DNA from: the human T2T-CHM13v2.0 reference genome, Homo sapiens
Assembly: GCF_009914755.1 (NCBI RefSeq)
Contig: NC_060935.1
Length of the DNA stretch: 64,000 nt
Direction: 5' to 3' (one strand)
A program made the position numbers and the translations under genes. Numbering within the stretch: the first letter of the stretch is position 1; each line of letters starts with the position of its first letter. Of the stretch, positions 29,063 to 44,836 are shown one piece after another. The notes below the pieces were generated by a model that worked only from the letters and a program-made list of their open reading frames with translations, was not told the origin of the DNA and ran no database searches.

Positions 29063-29470
29063 CTATTTATATTTAATACAAACACCTCACAGCCTCCTTC
29101 TCCCACATCAGGAAAGCAGTCACAGTCCTGACCTTGTACAGGGAGCAGAGTATTAGAGCAGGAGTCAGGGGACCTGAATTGCATTCCGTACTTTTCCATT
29201 TCCTGCCCGTGTGAATTTGAGTGAGGCATCACCGCTCACTCATTCTTCAGGTTCCAGGAACAGTTTAGACATAAACTCCTTACTAAGGTCAAAATCTCCA
29301 TAGCACTCTTTGCTCTCTCATTTGTAAAAGCATTTATCATACTAAAAATCATTTAATTAATGTCTATTTTCCTCACTAAATAGGCATGATGGCAGGGAGA
29401 TGTTTGTCTTATTTATTCTTTTATCCGTGATATCTAACACAATACCTGATACACATTAAATGACCAATGT

Positions 29471-29770
29471 GGTCGGGCACAGTGGCTCATGCCTGTAATT
29501 TCAGCACTTTGGGAAGCTGAGGTGGGAAGATTGCTTGAGCCCAGGAGTTCATGACCAAACAGGGCAACATAGTGAAACCCATCTCTCCAAAAATAAAAAT
29601 AAAATACATTAGCCAAGCATGGTGGTATGTGCCTATAGTTCCAGCTACTTGGGAATCTGAGGTGGGAGAATTGCTTGAGTGCTAAAGTTCAAGGCTGTAG
29701 TGAGGTATCATCACACAGCTGCACTTCAACCTGGGCAACAGACAGAGACTCCATCTCGAAAAATAAAAAA
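29471..29770 (+). mobile_element. AluJ
   Basis: Diverged Alu dimer with J diagnostics (ttgcttgagcccagg); TSD gaccaatgt. Confidence 0.9.
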
Positions 29771-30263
29771 ATATGTAAATAGAGACCAATGTACATTTGT
29801 TAGATGAATAAGTGAATAAAATAAACCTACTAGTTCAAAGCTTCAGTTTTATAATTTGTAAAGGACATTTAGCACCTGTGTTGCCTGTCACAGGGTTGCT
29901 ATGTTGTTAACATGAGGTGGCTATGTAGATTCAAATGAGATGGAGGATGCATATTTCACCTCTCCATTATGAGACCTCTCCTCAAAACCAAGAGGGGTAA
30001 TGTATGTAAAAGTGTTTTATATGCTAAATAGCTCTTTACAGGCAAGATTTAACATTATCTTCATAAAATTAAAAACTTCATTATATCCATGACAAAGATT
30101 TGCTTAAAGCTTCATTCCACTAGACTAGGCTTCTTGTGGCTACCTGTAACTTTGCTTTCTCCCAATTTATCACATGTACCATTTCATGCCCGTCCCCTAA
30201 TCTGTACCTCTTTTGGTGACTTTTTTTCCTCTCCCTGGGAACACATCCAAATCATAAAAACCC

Positions 30264-31950
30264 TGTATCAACTAGAGTTCAGGCAAACAAAAACTAGAAG
30301 CTACTCTATGTATTTCAAGTAGAAAGGGTTTAATACAGGGAATTTGAGGCTTATACAGCCACTTGAACAGCTGGAGAACAAAGATCAGAAGAAAGTTCAC
30401 CAAAATCTTAGCTTCCTATAGCATCAAAGTAAGTGATTCCCAAAAACTATCTAGTAAGGTATTGGAAATGTCAAGAACTTCCTGGAAGCAACCACCGAAG
30501 TCCCCAGTGGTACAAAATACTAGTGATTTATAGGATCTTGTCAGAGAAGCTACTGAAAAACTCATGCAGTTGCTCACAAATCTGCCTATAATTTCTCCAG
30601 GACATAATGGCTTCTCCTTCTAATAAGCCTTAAAACACCATGAAGACAGAAATAAAATGTTTGTAAGTGGATCAGTTATGGTTCCACTCCCACCTCTACC
30701 TCTTGTTTCCTAGATCTCTATATTTTGGCTTTGGGAGAAATGATTTCATATGTAGGTCGCTGGGTCAGAGTACTATAAACAGCATATAAGGATAACATCA
30801 CAGCCCTGCAAAGTGTTGTTACCCCACCTGAGCTGTAACTACATCTTCAAAAGTTATTTTGGTGGAAAAGAATATATATAAAACCTATGAATCTTGTAGG
30901 CCTAGACCTAAGGTCTGCATCTGTTCCCTCAATATTATTTGGAATGCTAACAGAGAATAAAATATGGTGATGCTGGCCAGAAAAAAAAAAAAAAAAAAAA
31001 AAGCACGTGTGCAAAGGAAAAGCCTTCTTCTGAGTAAAAAGCTATTCCAGCGAAAACAAATTGATTCCCCTTCTATGGTGAAAGGTATCTTGTGTTATCA
31101 ATCTGCTATTATATGGCTATCTGGTTCTCCTCTAAATCCCAGGAAAATGTGTAGCCTTGGACTCCATTGTTGGCTGATTGGGCATTCAGCTATGGCAATA
31201 TCAGCCTATGTTATATCAGCCTATGTTGTTCCCTCATACATAATTTTCCTTGCTTCCATCATAATCATATCCACCAACTGAGTGTTCTTGTCCAACTGAC
31301 AAGAAAGTCACCTTTCCTCATAAATCCATTGAGGAAGCACTGGGATGGTTGGAGAAGGAGGCTTACTGACACCCACAAAATAGGACATTTGATCTACCTC
31401 ATTATTGAGCGCCTTCTTTGCAATGGATGCCCTTTGATTAGCATTTCTATTGACAAATATATATTGTCACAATTCATGATCATTTCCCCAGGCCTCCTTG
31501 TCATCAACTTTTCCACCATGTTTCTTCCAACTGCCTGGAAGATGGTGATCTGGCTAAACCATTAGCTACTATAAATTTGTGTAGATCTTTACCTCTGGCC
31601 ACCTTTCCTTACAGGCAAAGAAAAAGACTAAGTGCGCTGCTTGAAATTCTGCTTACTAGAGGGATTTTCTTTCCCCACTAACCTTCAGAACCACCCTGAT
31701 GAAGCTATGCTGCAGCATTTCACTTTCAAATGATGCTCACATGTCATATGGGACTATCTGCATGAATATTTTCTTCCTTTATATGTTGTTTAGAGGGAAC
31801 TTCACATGAAACTAAAGTGTGTCCAGAAGACAGATGACAATGCAGCAAGAGTGACTGAAGTGGAAGTATTAGCCACTTGCTCAGGCAACTTACTACTAGG
31901 TATATCGACTTGATCTTCATTTAGAAGAGGCTATTCTGACCTGCCCTAGA
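30264..31950 (-). mobile_element. ERVL/MaLR LTR plus internal pol (RNase H) remnant
   Basis: MLT-like LTR start tgtatcaactagagttcagg; minus-strand remnants of the ERVL VANGLA...WK...KEAWG RNase H motif near 31490-31590. Confidence 0.55.
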
Positions 31951-32199
31951 TTACTGTTTTCCAAGAAAAACTGCCAAATTCATATAAAGTATGCAAACAA
32001 TTTCATATTACACTCATATTTTAGATACTATTGCTTGCTGTGTCTAATACTGATCATATTAGTTTTCTGGGTCTGCTGTAAACTATTACCACAAACTACG
32101 TGGCTTAAAACAACAGAAATTTATTCTCTCACAGTTTTAGAGGTTATGTCTGAAGTCAAGGAGGCATCAGACTAATGCTTATTTTTAAATTTTCTTAAT

Positions 32200-33720
32200 A
32201 ATATCATTCAAAAGAATAGATGTTCTTAATACTGATAATTTCCAATCTACCAATTTGCTCTTTCATAGTTCATGTATTTTGTGCTCTACCTTGGAAATGT
32301 TTGCTTGATTGAGGTCACAAATATTTTCTTTCATTTTGTTTTTTAGAAGTTTCATAGCATAGGCTTTACTTGTAGGTTTATGATCCATATCAAGTTAATT
32401 TTCATTGTATTTTGAGGTCCATATTTTGTAAGTGGAGGTTGAACTGCTCTTGGACCATTTGTTTAAAAAGACTGTCATCCCTTTTGAATTAACTTGGAAG
32501 TTCTGCTGAAATTAAATTGATTTGGGTCTATCTGGGTTTATTTCTAGGCACCCCATTCTATTTTATTGACCTATATGTCTATTATTTTGACAATATCAAA
32601 CTGTCTTGATCAGTATAGTCTTATAGTAAGTCTTGAGATCCAGTAATATAAGTCTCCAAATTAGTTATTTTCAAATATGTTTTGAAAATTCTAGGTATTT
32701 TGTTTCCCTCATACATTTTAGAATCAGCTTGTCAATCTCCATAAAAACATGCTGAGATTTTGACTGGATTTATATTGAATCTACACATCAATTAGAGAAA
32801 AGGTGACATATTATCAATATTAAGACATTCAATCCATGAACACAATATGTCTCTTTGTCATTTTTAACTTCTTTCAGCATTTTATAAATTTTTGCAAGAA
32901 TCTTATAGCCCTCTTGCCATGTAAGGATGCAAAATAAGGAAGGAGCCCCAGTCTCACAAGAAACCGAATCTCCTGGCACCTTGATCTTGTTCTTCTTTGA
33001 CTCCAGAATTGTGGCAATACATTTTTATTATTTATAAATTACTCAGTAGAAACTCTTTTGTTACAGCAGTCCAAACAGACTAAAACAGTTGCCTTGTTCC
33101 TAATCTTAGGAGGAAAACAATCTTTTGCCATTAAAAGCAATATTACCTGAAGTTTTAAAATAAATGCCCTTTACAGGTTGAGAGTTTCTGTCATGAAACC
33201 ATCTTGAATTTTGTTGAATACTTTTTCCGCATCTATTGAGGTGGTTTTTTTTGTCTTTTAATATGGCAACTGATATTGTTTGATTTGCTAATGTTGAGTC
33301 AATCTTAAATGTTTTTATTTAAAAAAAACCTAGGCCTGGAGTGATGGCTCACGCCTGTAATTCCAGCATTTTGAGAGGCCGAGGCAGATGGATCACGAGG
33401 TCAGGAGTTCAAGACCAGCCTGGCCAAGAGAGTGCAACCCAGTCTCTACTAAAAATACAACAATTAGCTGGGCGTGGTGGCAGGCACCTGTAATCTCAGC
33501 TACTTAGGAGGCTGAGGCAGAGAATTGCTTGAACCCGGTAGGCAGAGGTTGCAGTGAGCCAAGATTGCGCCACTGCACTCCAGCCTGGGCGACACAGCGA
33601 GAGTCCGTCTCAAAAAAATAAAATAAAAACAAACCTAGACATGGTAAATACTTCTTTTTATTAATTGTTGGGTTTCATCTTCCAAAATTTTGTTTAAATT
33701 ATAAAGTCTATATTCATGAA
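32200..33720 (-). mobile_element. Old L1M ORF2 remnant with MLT1 fragment (~32905-33090) and Alu
   Basis: Antisense L1 motifs, e.g. tttagaatcagcttgtcaat, ttttccgcatctattgag. Confidence 0.7.
33333..33630 (+). mobile_element. AluS
   Basis: Full Alu dimer with A tail; TSD aaacctag. Confidence 0.95.
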
Positions 33721-33946
33721 GTTCATTTTCACTTAATAATAATTATAATACACTTTTGAGTTTCTTATATTTTTGACTGAATACCATAATACATATATTA
33801 TATGTAGCAGGACAGTAGGGCTTGAGGGAAATAATATTTAGTCCTGAAAATGGTTGTGCTTCTTTTCCTGTGAGGTCATTTGTATGTGGGATTCAGCTGT
33901 GTTCAAATATGGTTATTAGTATTAGTATCCTCAGTGAACCATAAAC

Positions 33947-34256
33947 TGTTATAGAACTGAACTGGGGGCCGCTTGCCTGGCACAATAAAATCAGATATCC
34001 ACAATGAGGATTTTTGCAGCAATAGAAAGGTAGGCACTTATTTGCAAGGCGCCAAGCAAGGAGAACTAGCCAGCTAATGCTCAGTCCTGGCCTCTCTGGT
34101 GGCTTGCAAGTAAGGGGTCTTAAAGATAGGGTTAAATTTCAGGAAAGCAGAAGCTATAGCCAAAATAAAAAATTAGTGCATGGAAGTTACACATTGATTT
34201 TGGCCTAAAAGGGTGAAGTACCTTGAAATGTAGGGCTTATAGGTCATAGGTAGATT

Positions 34257-34300
<44 letters not shown>

Positions 34301-34815
34301 TATATTTACATTTGGTAAAAGAAGAAAAACTTTGTTTAAATATTTGAGGCCAGGAAAAAAAAAAGTTAACTGACTCAAGGATGGGACTCCCTCCAAGCCC
34401 CACAGGAAGAAATGTAGAACAGAGAATGGTAGTCAGAGTTCAGTTTTCAATTCCCTCTTATCTGAGGACTATGTGCCAATGGATCTGTTTGGTGGGGTTC
34501 CTCTGTGGAGGCTGTGGGGGCTCCATGTTTTTGAAAGACAACTCAAGAATATAAGTTAAGATGTTATCTTTATATAGATATCTATATCTATATATCTTTT
34601 GGTTTCTATAGGGAAGCCAAAAGTTTCTGGACTCTACCTTCCTTGGCTATTGTTTTAGGCTACTATTACCTTCTTGTTTAACAAGTTACTTATTTACTTC
34701 TCAGGGCTAGCTAGGTGCCTGGAATTTCTCCTGAAGGAATTCAGGATTTTCTTTTATTTCCATGCTTGGGAAGCACTTGCAGGCCTCTAAAAAACAGGTC
34801 CCTGCTCTATCTGAA
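33947..34815 (-). mobile_element. ERV1-class solo LTR (MER31/MER67-like) with internal (TA)n
   Basis: tgttatagaactgaactggggg...ggtccctgctctatct; subfamily uncertain. Confidence 0.6.
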
Positions 34816-35692
34816 GTTCAAATTATTTCAATGATGGGAAGAATTTTCCTGTCTTCCTGCCCTAACTTCAGTTTTCAGCAACCCTGATATCATAGAGAGT
34901 ATCTCTATTCTTACTCTTTTTCCAGTGGTAAACTGTTCTTGCTTGTTTTCAATATTATTCTCATAGTGGAGACAGTGGGCACTACTTGATTTTCTTGAAT
35001 CAAGTTCAGTCTTACATGAGGCCTGTGCACCTAGGATTCTGAGTTGAGTATTTCAGCTTTCATGTCTCTCTTCTCAGTGACAGCCAAACTCTCCTGTCCC
35101 TCCCCTAGAAGTAATAGACCTCTGCTTTCTATCATTGCAAGACCCTGGGCCTGGGTTTTCAAGCTCTTCTTCCATGGGCAGATCATTTTGCTTCTAGTCT
35201 AGTTTCCCTAGAACCAATGGATCTCTGCCTGTTTCTTGCAGTAGGCAGGGAGGGCTAGAGAGTTTCTTATCCCTCCCCAAGGCACACTGATTTTTCTTCT
35301 ACCCTCCCACAATGGCATGAGGGGTGGGAGGATGTTCCACTTTTCCCCCAGTGGCTTACTGCTTTTGTTTCTTATGAAAGGAGAGTCACTGAACTAGTGT
35401 TAATTTTTACCATCTCCAGTGTCAATCAATCATTTTTACTATACCTGCACCGCAAAGGTCGGGGCTATACCCAGTCTTCAGGGAAAGGATATTTGTGTTT
35501 TATTCACATCTATATTCCTAGGACCTAGATTACCATTTTGATGGTACATGCTAGTATTTGACTCTGATAATTGTATAGATACATATTAATTAAGAACAAA
35601 GGCCATAACTCAGATGATTAAATTTAACTCCAGAGAAAGTACCTTAAGTTTGAAAATATTTAGACAATCTGCAGTTTTCTCTGTTCTAATAA

Positions 35693-36468
35693 TGAAATCA
35701 CCTTTGCAAAATTATAACAGTAAGAGAAATATGACATAGTTGGCTCCATCTTGCTTCTGACCTCCAAGCTGTCCTTAGTCATTCCTGGGCATAGGCCAAG
35801 CTAACTGTAGGAGGAATTTAGTTTATAGTTTAACTTGAAAACAAGGTTAATAACAGTATCTCCCTTAAAGTAAGTCCCTCCTTGCTCAGGAACCAAAAGG
35901 GACCTTATGTAAGACTGATGAAAGGCCACAACCATTTGATCATGTGAGGGGCCTGAACTCTGCTAAAATACAAGTGAATTTTCTATATTCCTTTACTTCT
36001 CAGGAGTCATGGAGCTAGAGGTTACAAGATAGGTGGAGTTTCTATAGTCCTTTAGAGCTCAGGAGTCAGAGGTAACAGCATTTGTGACTTCCCCAATTTC
36101 TCCTATAGATGACATCACTATTGTAGAACCCAATAATTTTTTTGAGATATCTTTAAGAGTGACTCCACCTGGACTCCTAACTCATGACTCATCTGATTCT
36201 GTGGCCTCCACCCAGAGGTAGACTCAGCACAGGGACTGTTCTCCACACCCCTGTGACTTCATACCCAACCAATCAGCAGCAGCTATTCCCTAGCCCCCTG
36301 CCCACAAAATTGCCCATAAAACCTTAAGCTGCATGCCTTCAGGGAGACTGATTTGAGTGATAATTCCAGTTCTCCCACTGGCCTCACATCAATTAAACTC
36401 TTTCTCTACTACAGTGGCATGGTCTCAGTGGACTGATTTTTGTCTGTGCTGCAGTCAGGAAGATTACA
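35693..36468 (+). mobile_element. LTR8-family solo LTR
   Basis: tgaaatcacctttgcaaaattataac...gattaca, with TG/CA ends. Confidence 0.8.
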
Positions 36469-37077
36469 GTACTGATATTCTCATGACCATTTCCCCTCAA
36501 TGTGAATATCATCACCAAACTATCCAAAATATATTATTTCTTTAGGAATAAACTTAAGTTAATGGCATTCACTAATAGCCCAACCCAAATATTCTCAATG
36601 CTATTTTAATTGGAAACCCAAAATTTGACATTTATTCACCTTGGCAGAAGTAGCATTATTGGCCTTAGGCAAACTTGGATTTGAATCCCATGCCTTTCAT
36701 ATACAAGTTGCGTAATTTTGGATAAGTTATTTAACTTCTTTTATCTCATTTTTCCATTTGTATAATTAGCTAATGGCAATGTCTCCTAGGGTCACTATGA
36801 TAATTATATACCTTAGAGAATGTGGATATGTATACATACATACATGTATGCACATCCATAAGAGCTTGTTCAATATTTATCTGTAGTGCTTAATAGGCAG
36901 TAATGATTATTTATCTGATGTCATTTTTATAATTCCCTGTGATCATGTTTTATCTCTGTAACAAAACTGTAAACACTCCAGGATCAAAGATCAAATTTTG
37001 AGACTGTGTAAAGTAACATTAGTAGAAAAACACAGTGTGTATTGGGTTCATAATTCCTTTAAAAGTGAGTCATATTA

Positions 37078-37275
<198 letters not shown>

Positions 37276-37344
37276 TTAAAAAGAAAAACAAGTAAATATG
37301 GGAATATTAACACAGAAATAAAAGTATTTCTTTTTGCCTTTTTT

Positions 37345-37717
37345 CTCTAATTTTTTTAAAATTTTTTATTTCCATAGGTTTTTGGGGAACAGGTGGCATT
37401 TGGTTACATGAGTAAGTTCTATAGTGGTGATTTGTGAGATTTTGGTGCACCCATTACCCAAGCAGTATGCACTGAACCCAATTTGCAGTCTTTTATGCCT
37501 CACCCCCTTCCTTCCCTTTCCCCTTGAGTCCCCAAAGCCCATTGTGTCATTCCTTTGACTTTGCATCCTCATAGCTTACCTCACACTTATAAATGAAAAG
37601 ATATGATATTTGGTTTTTCATTCCTGAGTTACTTCACTTAGAGTAATAGTCTCCAATCCCATAAAGGTTGCTGTGAATGCCATTAATTCATCCCTTTTTA
37701 TGGCTGAGTAGTATTCT

Positions 37718-37755
<38 letters not shown>

Positions 37756-38130
37756 ATATGCCACATTTTCTTTATCTACTCATTGATTGATGGACATTTG
37801 AGTTGGTTCCCCTTTTTGCAATTGCGATTTGTGCTGTTATAAACATGTGTGTGCAAGTATCTTTTTCGGATAATGACTTATTTTCCTCCACTACCCAGTA
37901 GTGCGATTGCTGAATCAAATGGTAATTCTACTTTAAGTTCTTTAAGGAATCTCCACACTGTTTTCCACAGTGGTTGTATTAGTTTACATTTCCACCAGCA
38001 GTGTAGAAGCATTCCCTTTTCACTGCATCCATGCCAACATCTATTATTTTTTTTATTATGGCCAATCTTGTGGGAGTAAGGAGGTATTGCATTGTGGTTT
38101 TGATTTGTACTTTCCTGATCATTAGTAATG
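37345..38130 (-). mobile_element. L1PB 3' end
   Basis: Same 3'UTR type as 23218-23421 (HVTK.HLFPKNL); internal (TG)n. Confidence 0.9.
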
Positions 38131-38317
38131 TTGCTCATCCACAGAGTAAAATGCATTGCACTCCTCCCACTTCCTTCTCTCAAAAATGTATCATTGATTT
38201 GAAAGTCCAATGACAAATAAAGTATATCCTACTTTAGGAGAAGAAACACTATGATTAGCAGAAGGGGAGAAGCAGATGTAACCAGTATGAGGTCAGAGAT
38301 TAGAAGGGATAACATGG

Positions 38318-38700
38318 CATATTAGGCTATTCTTGTGTTGCCATAAAGGAATATCTGAGACAGAGTAATTTGTAAAGGAATTAAGTTTAATAGGCTCATG
38401 GTTGTGCAGTCTGTACAGGAAGCATGGTGTGGGCATTGGCTCAGCTTTTAAGAAGCCCTCAGTGAGCTTTTGCTCATGGTAGATGAAGCAGGAGCACCAC
38501 ATATGGCAATAGCACAAGTGGTGGTGGGAGTTGTGGTGGGACCAGATCTGGCAAGTACTCACTCACTATCATAAGGACAGCACCAAGCCATGAGGCATCT
38601 ACCCTAATGACCCAAACATCTCCCACCAGGTCCCACCTCCAATATTCAGAATGCCATTTCAAAATGAGATTTGGGTGGGAAAAATATCCAAACCATATCA
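38318..38700 (-). mobile_element. MST solo LTR
   Basis: tattaggctattcttgtgttgccataaagg...atccaaaccatatca. Confidence 0.85.
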
Positions 38701-39087
38701 CACGATATCAGGCAGAACTTGAATAGGCCCAGCCAAGGAAGAGGCTACAATCAGATGAGATATGACAGTGGAGGTAGTATTATTTTTCCTCTTTGTTCAT
38801 CCTATCATCTAATAAATATGTATTGACTGCTTATCATTTACTATCCTCTCCTTAAGGTGCTGAATCTGAGACTACCTTATTGCAACCAGGTGGTGATGTC
38901 TGAGAGGAACTTAGGATTTATTACAAGCCATGGTTTAAAGGTAAAAGATTTCAGATACCATTACCAATCCCCAAAGTCATTTAGTCACCAGTATGAGCTA
39001 TAATGGATTATTGATCTCATAGACTATAAAGGCTCTCAAAGATCTATCATAGGCTATTGGGTTAATCTAGCAACTGAACATGCATAC

Positions 39088-39301
39088 TTATTTGTCTATT
39101 GTCTGCCCTTGTTCTCATGTATAATTCCTCCTTCTGGAGTTAATGGGAGCTATGTGCCTGCTTCCAAGGGGAAAGAAATACGTTTTTAGGTTTCATGCTT
39201 CAAATCCCAATGAAATAATAGCTCAGAGAGTGAAGCCTCTGAAGGCTTAAATTTAAATCCTTCAAATGTTATATTCATGTATGTGTCCATCATCATTAAA
39301 C
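39088..39301 (-). pseudogene. SPG11-like exon (214 nt)
   Basis: cttctgaatag|GT...AA|gtatgc. Reads ASLSELLFHWDLKHET*KRISFP...LTPE (~IVLNWALWWDQLTQESILLP...YSPE). Its phase-2 end matches the 29062 exon. Confidence 0.7.
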
Positions 39302-39552
39302 CTATTCAGAAGTAAGGCCCTGGCAAATTTCATTTTAATTTTGTTTGTTTTTGAAGCTATAGCATATGCATGTGTTAGCTCTGTCGTTCACAGTGGATAC
39401 ACGTCTTTTTGTTTTATTTGTTTAGGGGTGTGTATTTGTGTGTTTGTGTGTGTGTGCATGTGTGCCTGTGTATGTGTATGTGTGTGTAAAAGGAACAGAG
39501 AAACAAAAGCACCAGGTGACTTTCTTCAAGCATTCTAAACTAAGACCCTCAC

Positions 39553-39585
39553 TCATCTTCATGATTTGCCAAGGATAGACCCCAA
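39553..39585 (-). pseudogene. Small exon (33 nt)
   Basis: tttctaccttctag|TTG...TGA|gtgagg. Reads GVYPWQIMKM or WGLSLANHED; the frame is ambiguous. Confidence 0.5.
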
Positions 39586-39813
39586 CTAGAAGGTAGAAAT
39601 CCTTGAAACATGAGCTACATAATGGACATACTTGCATAACTATTACTGTAAAGCTACAAACATGCATTGTCACCAGTGGGTTTGCATTATGTGCATTAAA
39701 GAAATATATCAATAAATACAATACAATACAATGTCACAGTAAACACATCTTTCCTTCTGCAGAGAGTCAATCATTTGGCAAATTCACTGGTTTAAATAAG
39801 AAAGATTACTCAC

Positions 39814-39860
39814 TGGGAATGTATATATATATTTCTCTGAGAAATGCCTTGTGCAATATC
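39814..39860 (-). pseudogene. Small exon (47 nt)
   Basis: gcgtctag|GAT...CCA|gtgagt. All three frames are open and it joins the next two exons in frame. Confidence 0.5.
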
Positions 39861-40939
39861 CTAGACGCTCAGAAAAATTATATGAAGCCATATCTCCTCC
39901 CACAGATGATAGTCTGAAGAAAAATATATAGCCTATAATTTTAGAGTCTAGACATCAAAAATTCCAATTGCATCAACCCTCCGGGTATAAATCAGTAAGA
40001 ATGTACTAAAGGTATCCCATGATAGAGGATACAGCACCATTTCACTGATTGCCTTACAAGTCCTATGCGCTTCTCGGGGTTTATCTAAATACTTCTCACC
40101 ACTCAAAGTCAAGCATATGATCCATCTTATACATGAAGACTTTCCTGACTTCTAATCATCCTTATCTGCCGTCTACAATATAATTGCATCTACAGCTCAT
40201 GAGCATAGTGTGCATTTAATTGTTTTTCAGTTGTTCATAAGAGTTCCTTTTGCTTTTCAGGCTAGTGTGATTTGGAGGGAGAAAATGTTTCCTGAAACTC
40301 AGGGTCTGTTAATCTTCATCAACTCTATATCACAAGAAAAGCACCAGCAAGTGAATTAGTCTTGTTAGCACACCGCTGGAATGAATATGAGAGACACACT
40401 TGCTGACTCTCTTTCTGGACCCAGATATCCTACTTGTTTTGACCAAAGCCCATATTCTCACTATAGACTAATGGGTTGTGATTTTATTCACCCAAGCATG
40501 GGTTTAATTAGTTGAACATGCAGTAGAGAAGAAATTAGCTTGGAGAAGCAAAGAAATAATCATGATATTAACAATGTCTTACACTTTTACATTTGTATTC
40601 ATTCTAGAGTTTAACAATCAAATTCACTTATATTTTTCACATTTACATATCACAATTAATCCTTGCAATAGCTTGTTGAATCAGTATTGTAAAATAATGG
40701 TTAAGATTATGAATTCTCTAGTCACAGAGTCCCTTATTTGAATATAACATTCCCTGTAATTTTAGTTTCTTCAGCTCTAAAGTGGGGAGAATAATGACCT
40801 AGCCTTAGTTTATTGTAAAGGTTAATTGAGATAATGCATATTAAACAGTTAATTCTTGGCAGTGAGAAAGTAATCAGTAGATATTAATTATTATTATTAT
40901 TTCAATTATGATTACTTATGTATTATTATTAGTGCAAAG

Positions 40940-42530
<1,591 letters not shown>

Positions 42531-42594
42531 AATAAAACCCACTAAGTGGCTTGCCCAAGGGCACACAGTTACTAGTTCCAACCTTTATGCTTTA

Positions 42595-43175
42595 TTACTG
42601 TTTTTACTTTTATTTTAGATTCAGGGGTACATGTGCAAGTCTGCTATATAAAGTGTATGTCACAGGGATTTGGTGTACAGATTATTTCATCACCCAGGTA
42701 ATAAGCCATAGTACCAGATAGGTAGCTTCATGATCCTAATTCTTCTCCCCCATCCACCCTCAAGTAGTCACCAGTGTATATTGTTCCCTTCTTTGGGTCC
42801 CTGGTTATTCAATGTTTAGCTCCAACTTGTAAGTGAAAACATGTGATATTTGGTTTTCAGTTTCTGTATAAGTTCACTTAGCATAATTGCCTCCATCTTT
42901 ATCCATGCTGATGCAAAGGACATGATCTTGTTATTTTTCATGGCTGCATAATATTCCATGGTGTATATGTACCACATTTCCTTATCCAATCTATCACTGA
43001 TGGACATTTAAGTCGATTCTATGTCTTTGCTATTGTGAATAGCACTGCAATGAACATACATATGCATGTGTCTTTATGGTAGAAGGATTTATATTCTTTG
43101 GGTATATGTTCAATAATGGGATTGCTAGGTCAAATGGTAATTCTGTGAAAGCAGTTTGGCAATTTCTCAAAGAAT
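42595..43175 (-). mobile_element. 5'-truncated old L1PA 3' end with short 5' inversion
   Basis: Antisense 3'UTR/ORF2 to ~43146, then sense gaaagcagtttggcaatttctcaaagaa; TSD tttatgcttta. Confidence 0.8.
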
Positions 43176-43227
43176 TTTATGCTTTAGATAGCCTCTTAGT
43201 ACAACAATAGAAAAAAGGACCATATTA

Positions 43228-43413
43228 GGCTAAGTGTGGTGGATCATAACTGTAATCCTGACACTTTAGGAGGCCTAGGTGGAATGATTGCTTGAGCCCA
43301 CAAGCTTGAGGCTGCGGTGAGCTATGATGTGGCATCTGCACTTGCACTGCATCTTGCAGTGCACTTCAGCCTGCAAGACAGAGTAAGACCCTCTAAAGAA
43401 AAGAAAAAAGAAA
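43228..43413 (+). mobile_element. Alu monomer (FLAM/FAM)
   Basis: Single diverged arm with A-rich tail. Confidence 0.75.
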
Positions 43414-43813
43414 ACCCTAATCAAGAAATCAGAAAATCTAGCAAAGAGTCTACACTATTCTCAACATTAATATTAACATATTAGGGATAAGTTAATCTGA
43501 CTATGGAGCAAGAGAAAGGAAAATTAATAATGTCTTTCCTGCAAGTTGCATTTTGAAAATCTTTCTTGATCACTAACCCAGATTAATCGCTGGTTTGAAA
43601 ATACCACCTGAAAAGAAAGGGGAGGAAGAGAAGAAGGAGGAAGAGGAGGAGAAAAACAAAGAAGAAACCTTTTAAAGCTTTGTAAAACTTACATCTCATC
43701 TATCATTACAAATTTTCATTAGAAATAAAAAAAGATGACTGTATAGAAGAGAGCTTATAAAATGCAAAACACAGACCATTTTGTTTTCATTTTTGCCCCT
43801 TAAACTGCTTTAC

Positions 43814-43889
43814 TTTCATTTTCCCTTCATTGTGATGGGTCTTGAAACATCATTTTTAGCACTGCAAACTAAGCAAGCTCCTGGCATCT
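43814..43889 (-). pseudogene. Candidate exon
   Basis: cctcttttgtatcag|AGA...AAA|gtaaag. Reads RCQELA*FAVLKMMFQDPSQ*RENE. Confidence 0.35.
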
Positions 43890-44374
43890 CTGATACAAAA
43901 GAGGAGCCATAATATCATGCCTTTGCAAACACACACTGTGAGCAATCAAGAGAAAAAGGAAATTAAAAACTAATTCTGCTGTTTATTCTACTCATTTATT
44001 TTATCAGTCATCTCAGTCTCACACTGAATAACAATCAACAGAGTTTGATAGACACACCTAGGGGAAGCCAGACATCTTCTCTCACAATCTCCAGAAAGCT
44101 GGAAAGGAAAGTCAAATAACAATGCTTTGGGGAGTCATCTCTAATTATGTAATCAAAAGTGTCAGTGCTAACATTTCCAGTCAGAAATGTAGTGGAATAA
44201 GAAACTGCTGTGGGATATCAATGATTTAAAAAACTGAAATTCTTCTATCACGTATTCAAAATATTTGGCATCCCAATATTATGATAAGGAAGACTGTCCC
44301 CAGAGCAATATAGGCTTAGAAGAAAGGTGACCAACTACTAACATCAATGTCTTACTGTATCTGGCTACACTTAC

Positions 44375-44524
44375 ATGATCATCCATTTTTGAGTTTTGGT
44401 AGTTCAGCGTTCACTGAGAACCACAATGGTTCCTCTGGTGTAAATTCCACCATGCCTCATGGAAATGCTTCATAATGCGTGAAACCAAATTTTCCATCAG
44501 AGAAGAGTTTGTCATTTGCTGCTT
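44375..44524 (-). pseudogene. Exon of the pseudogene (150 nt, no obvious SPG11 counterpart)
   Basis: gtttcag|AAG...CAT|gtaagt. 50 codons with one TGA: KQQMTNSSLMENLVSRIMKHFHEAWWNLHQRNHCGSQ*TLNYQNSKMDDH. Confidence 0.5.
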
Positions 44525-44836
44525 CTGAAACTTTCTTTAAGAATTTGGGATGGAGACTGAACAGGATGGGAATAATTAGCTTTAATTATTCTTAAACATC
44601 AAGACCTATGTGTATAATTACATGTAAGGGAGGAGCTAACTTTCCTCAAAACAGTTAGAAAATGCACAACAGAGCACATTACATTAATGAATGCTAATGA
44701 GGCATATGAATCCTAATCATAACAATGCTACCTCTGATATTTGCAGCCATCAATAATAATTATCAACGTATGGTGTATTGCTCTCTTTATTCCTGAATAA
44801 ATCTCAGGCAATCAATCAATAAGTATTTACTGAGAA

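Noticed and set aside
40190-40325. Strong minus-strand acceptor at ~40325
   Set aside because: No donor or convincing frame; it runs into old repeat-like sequence.
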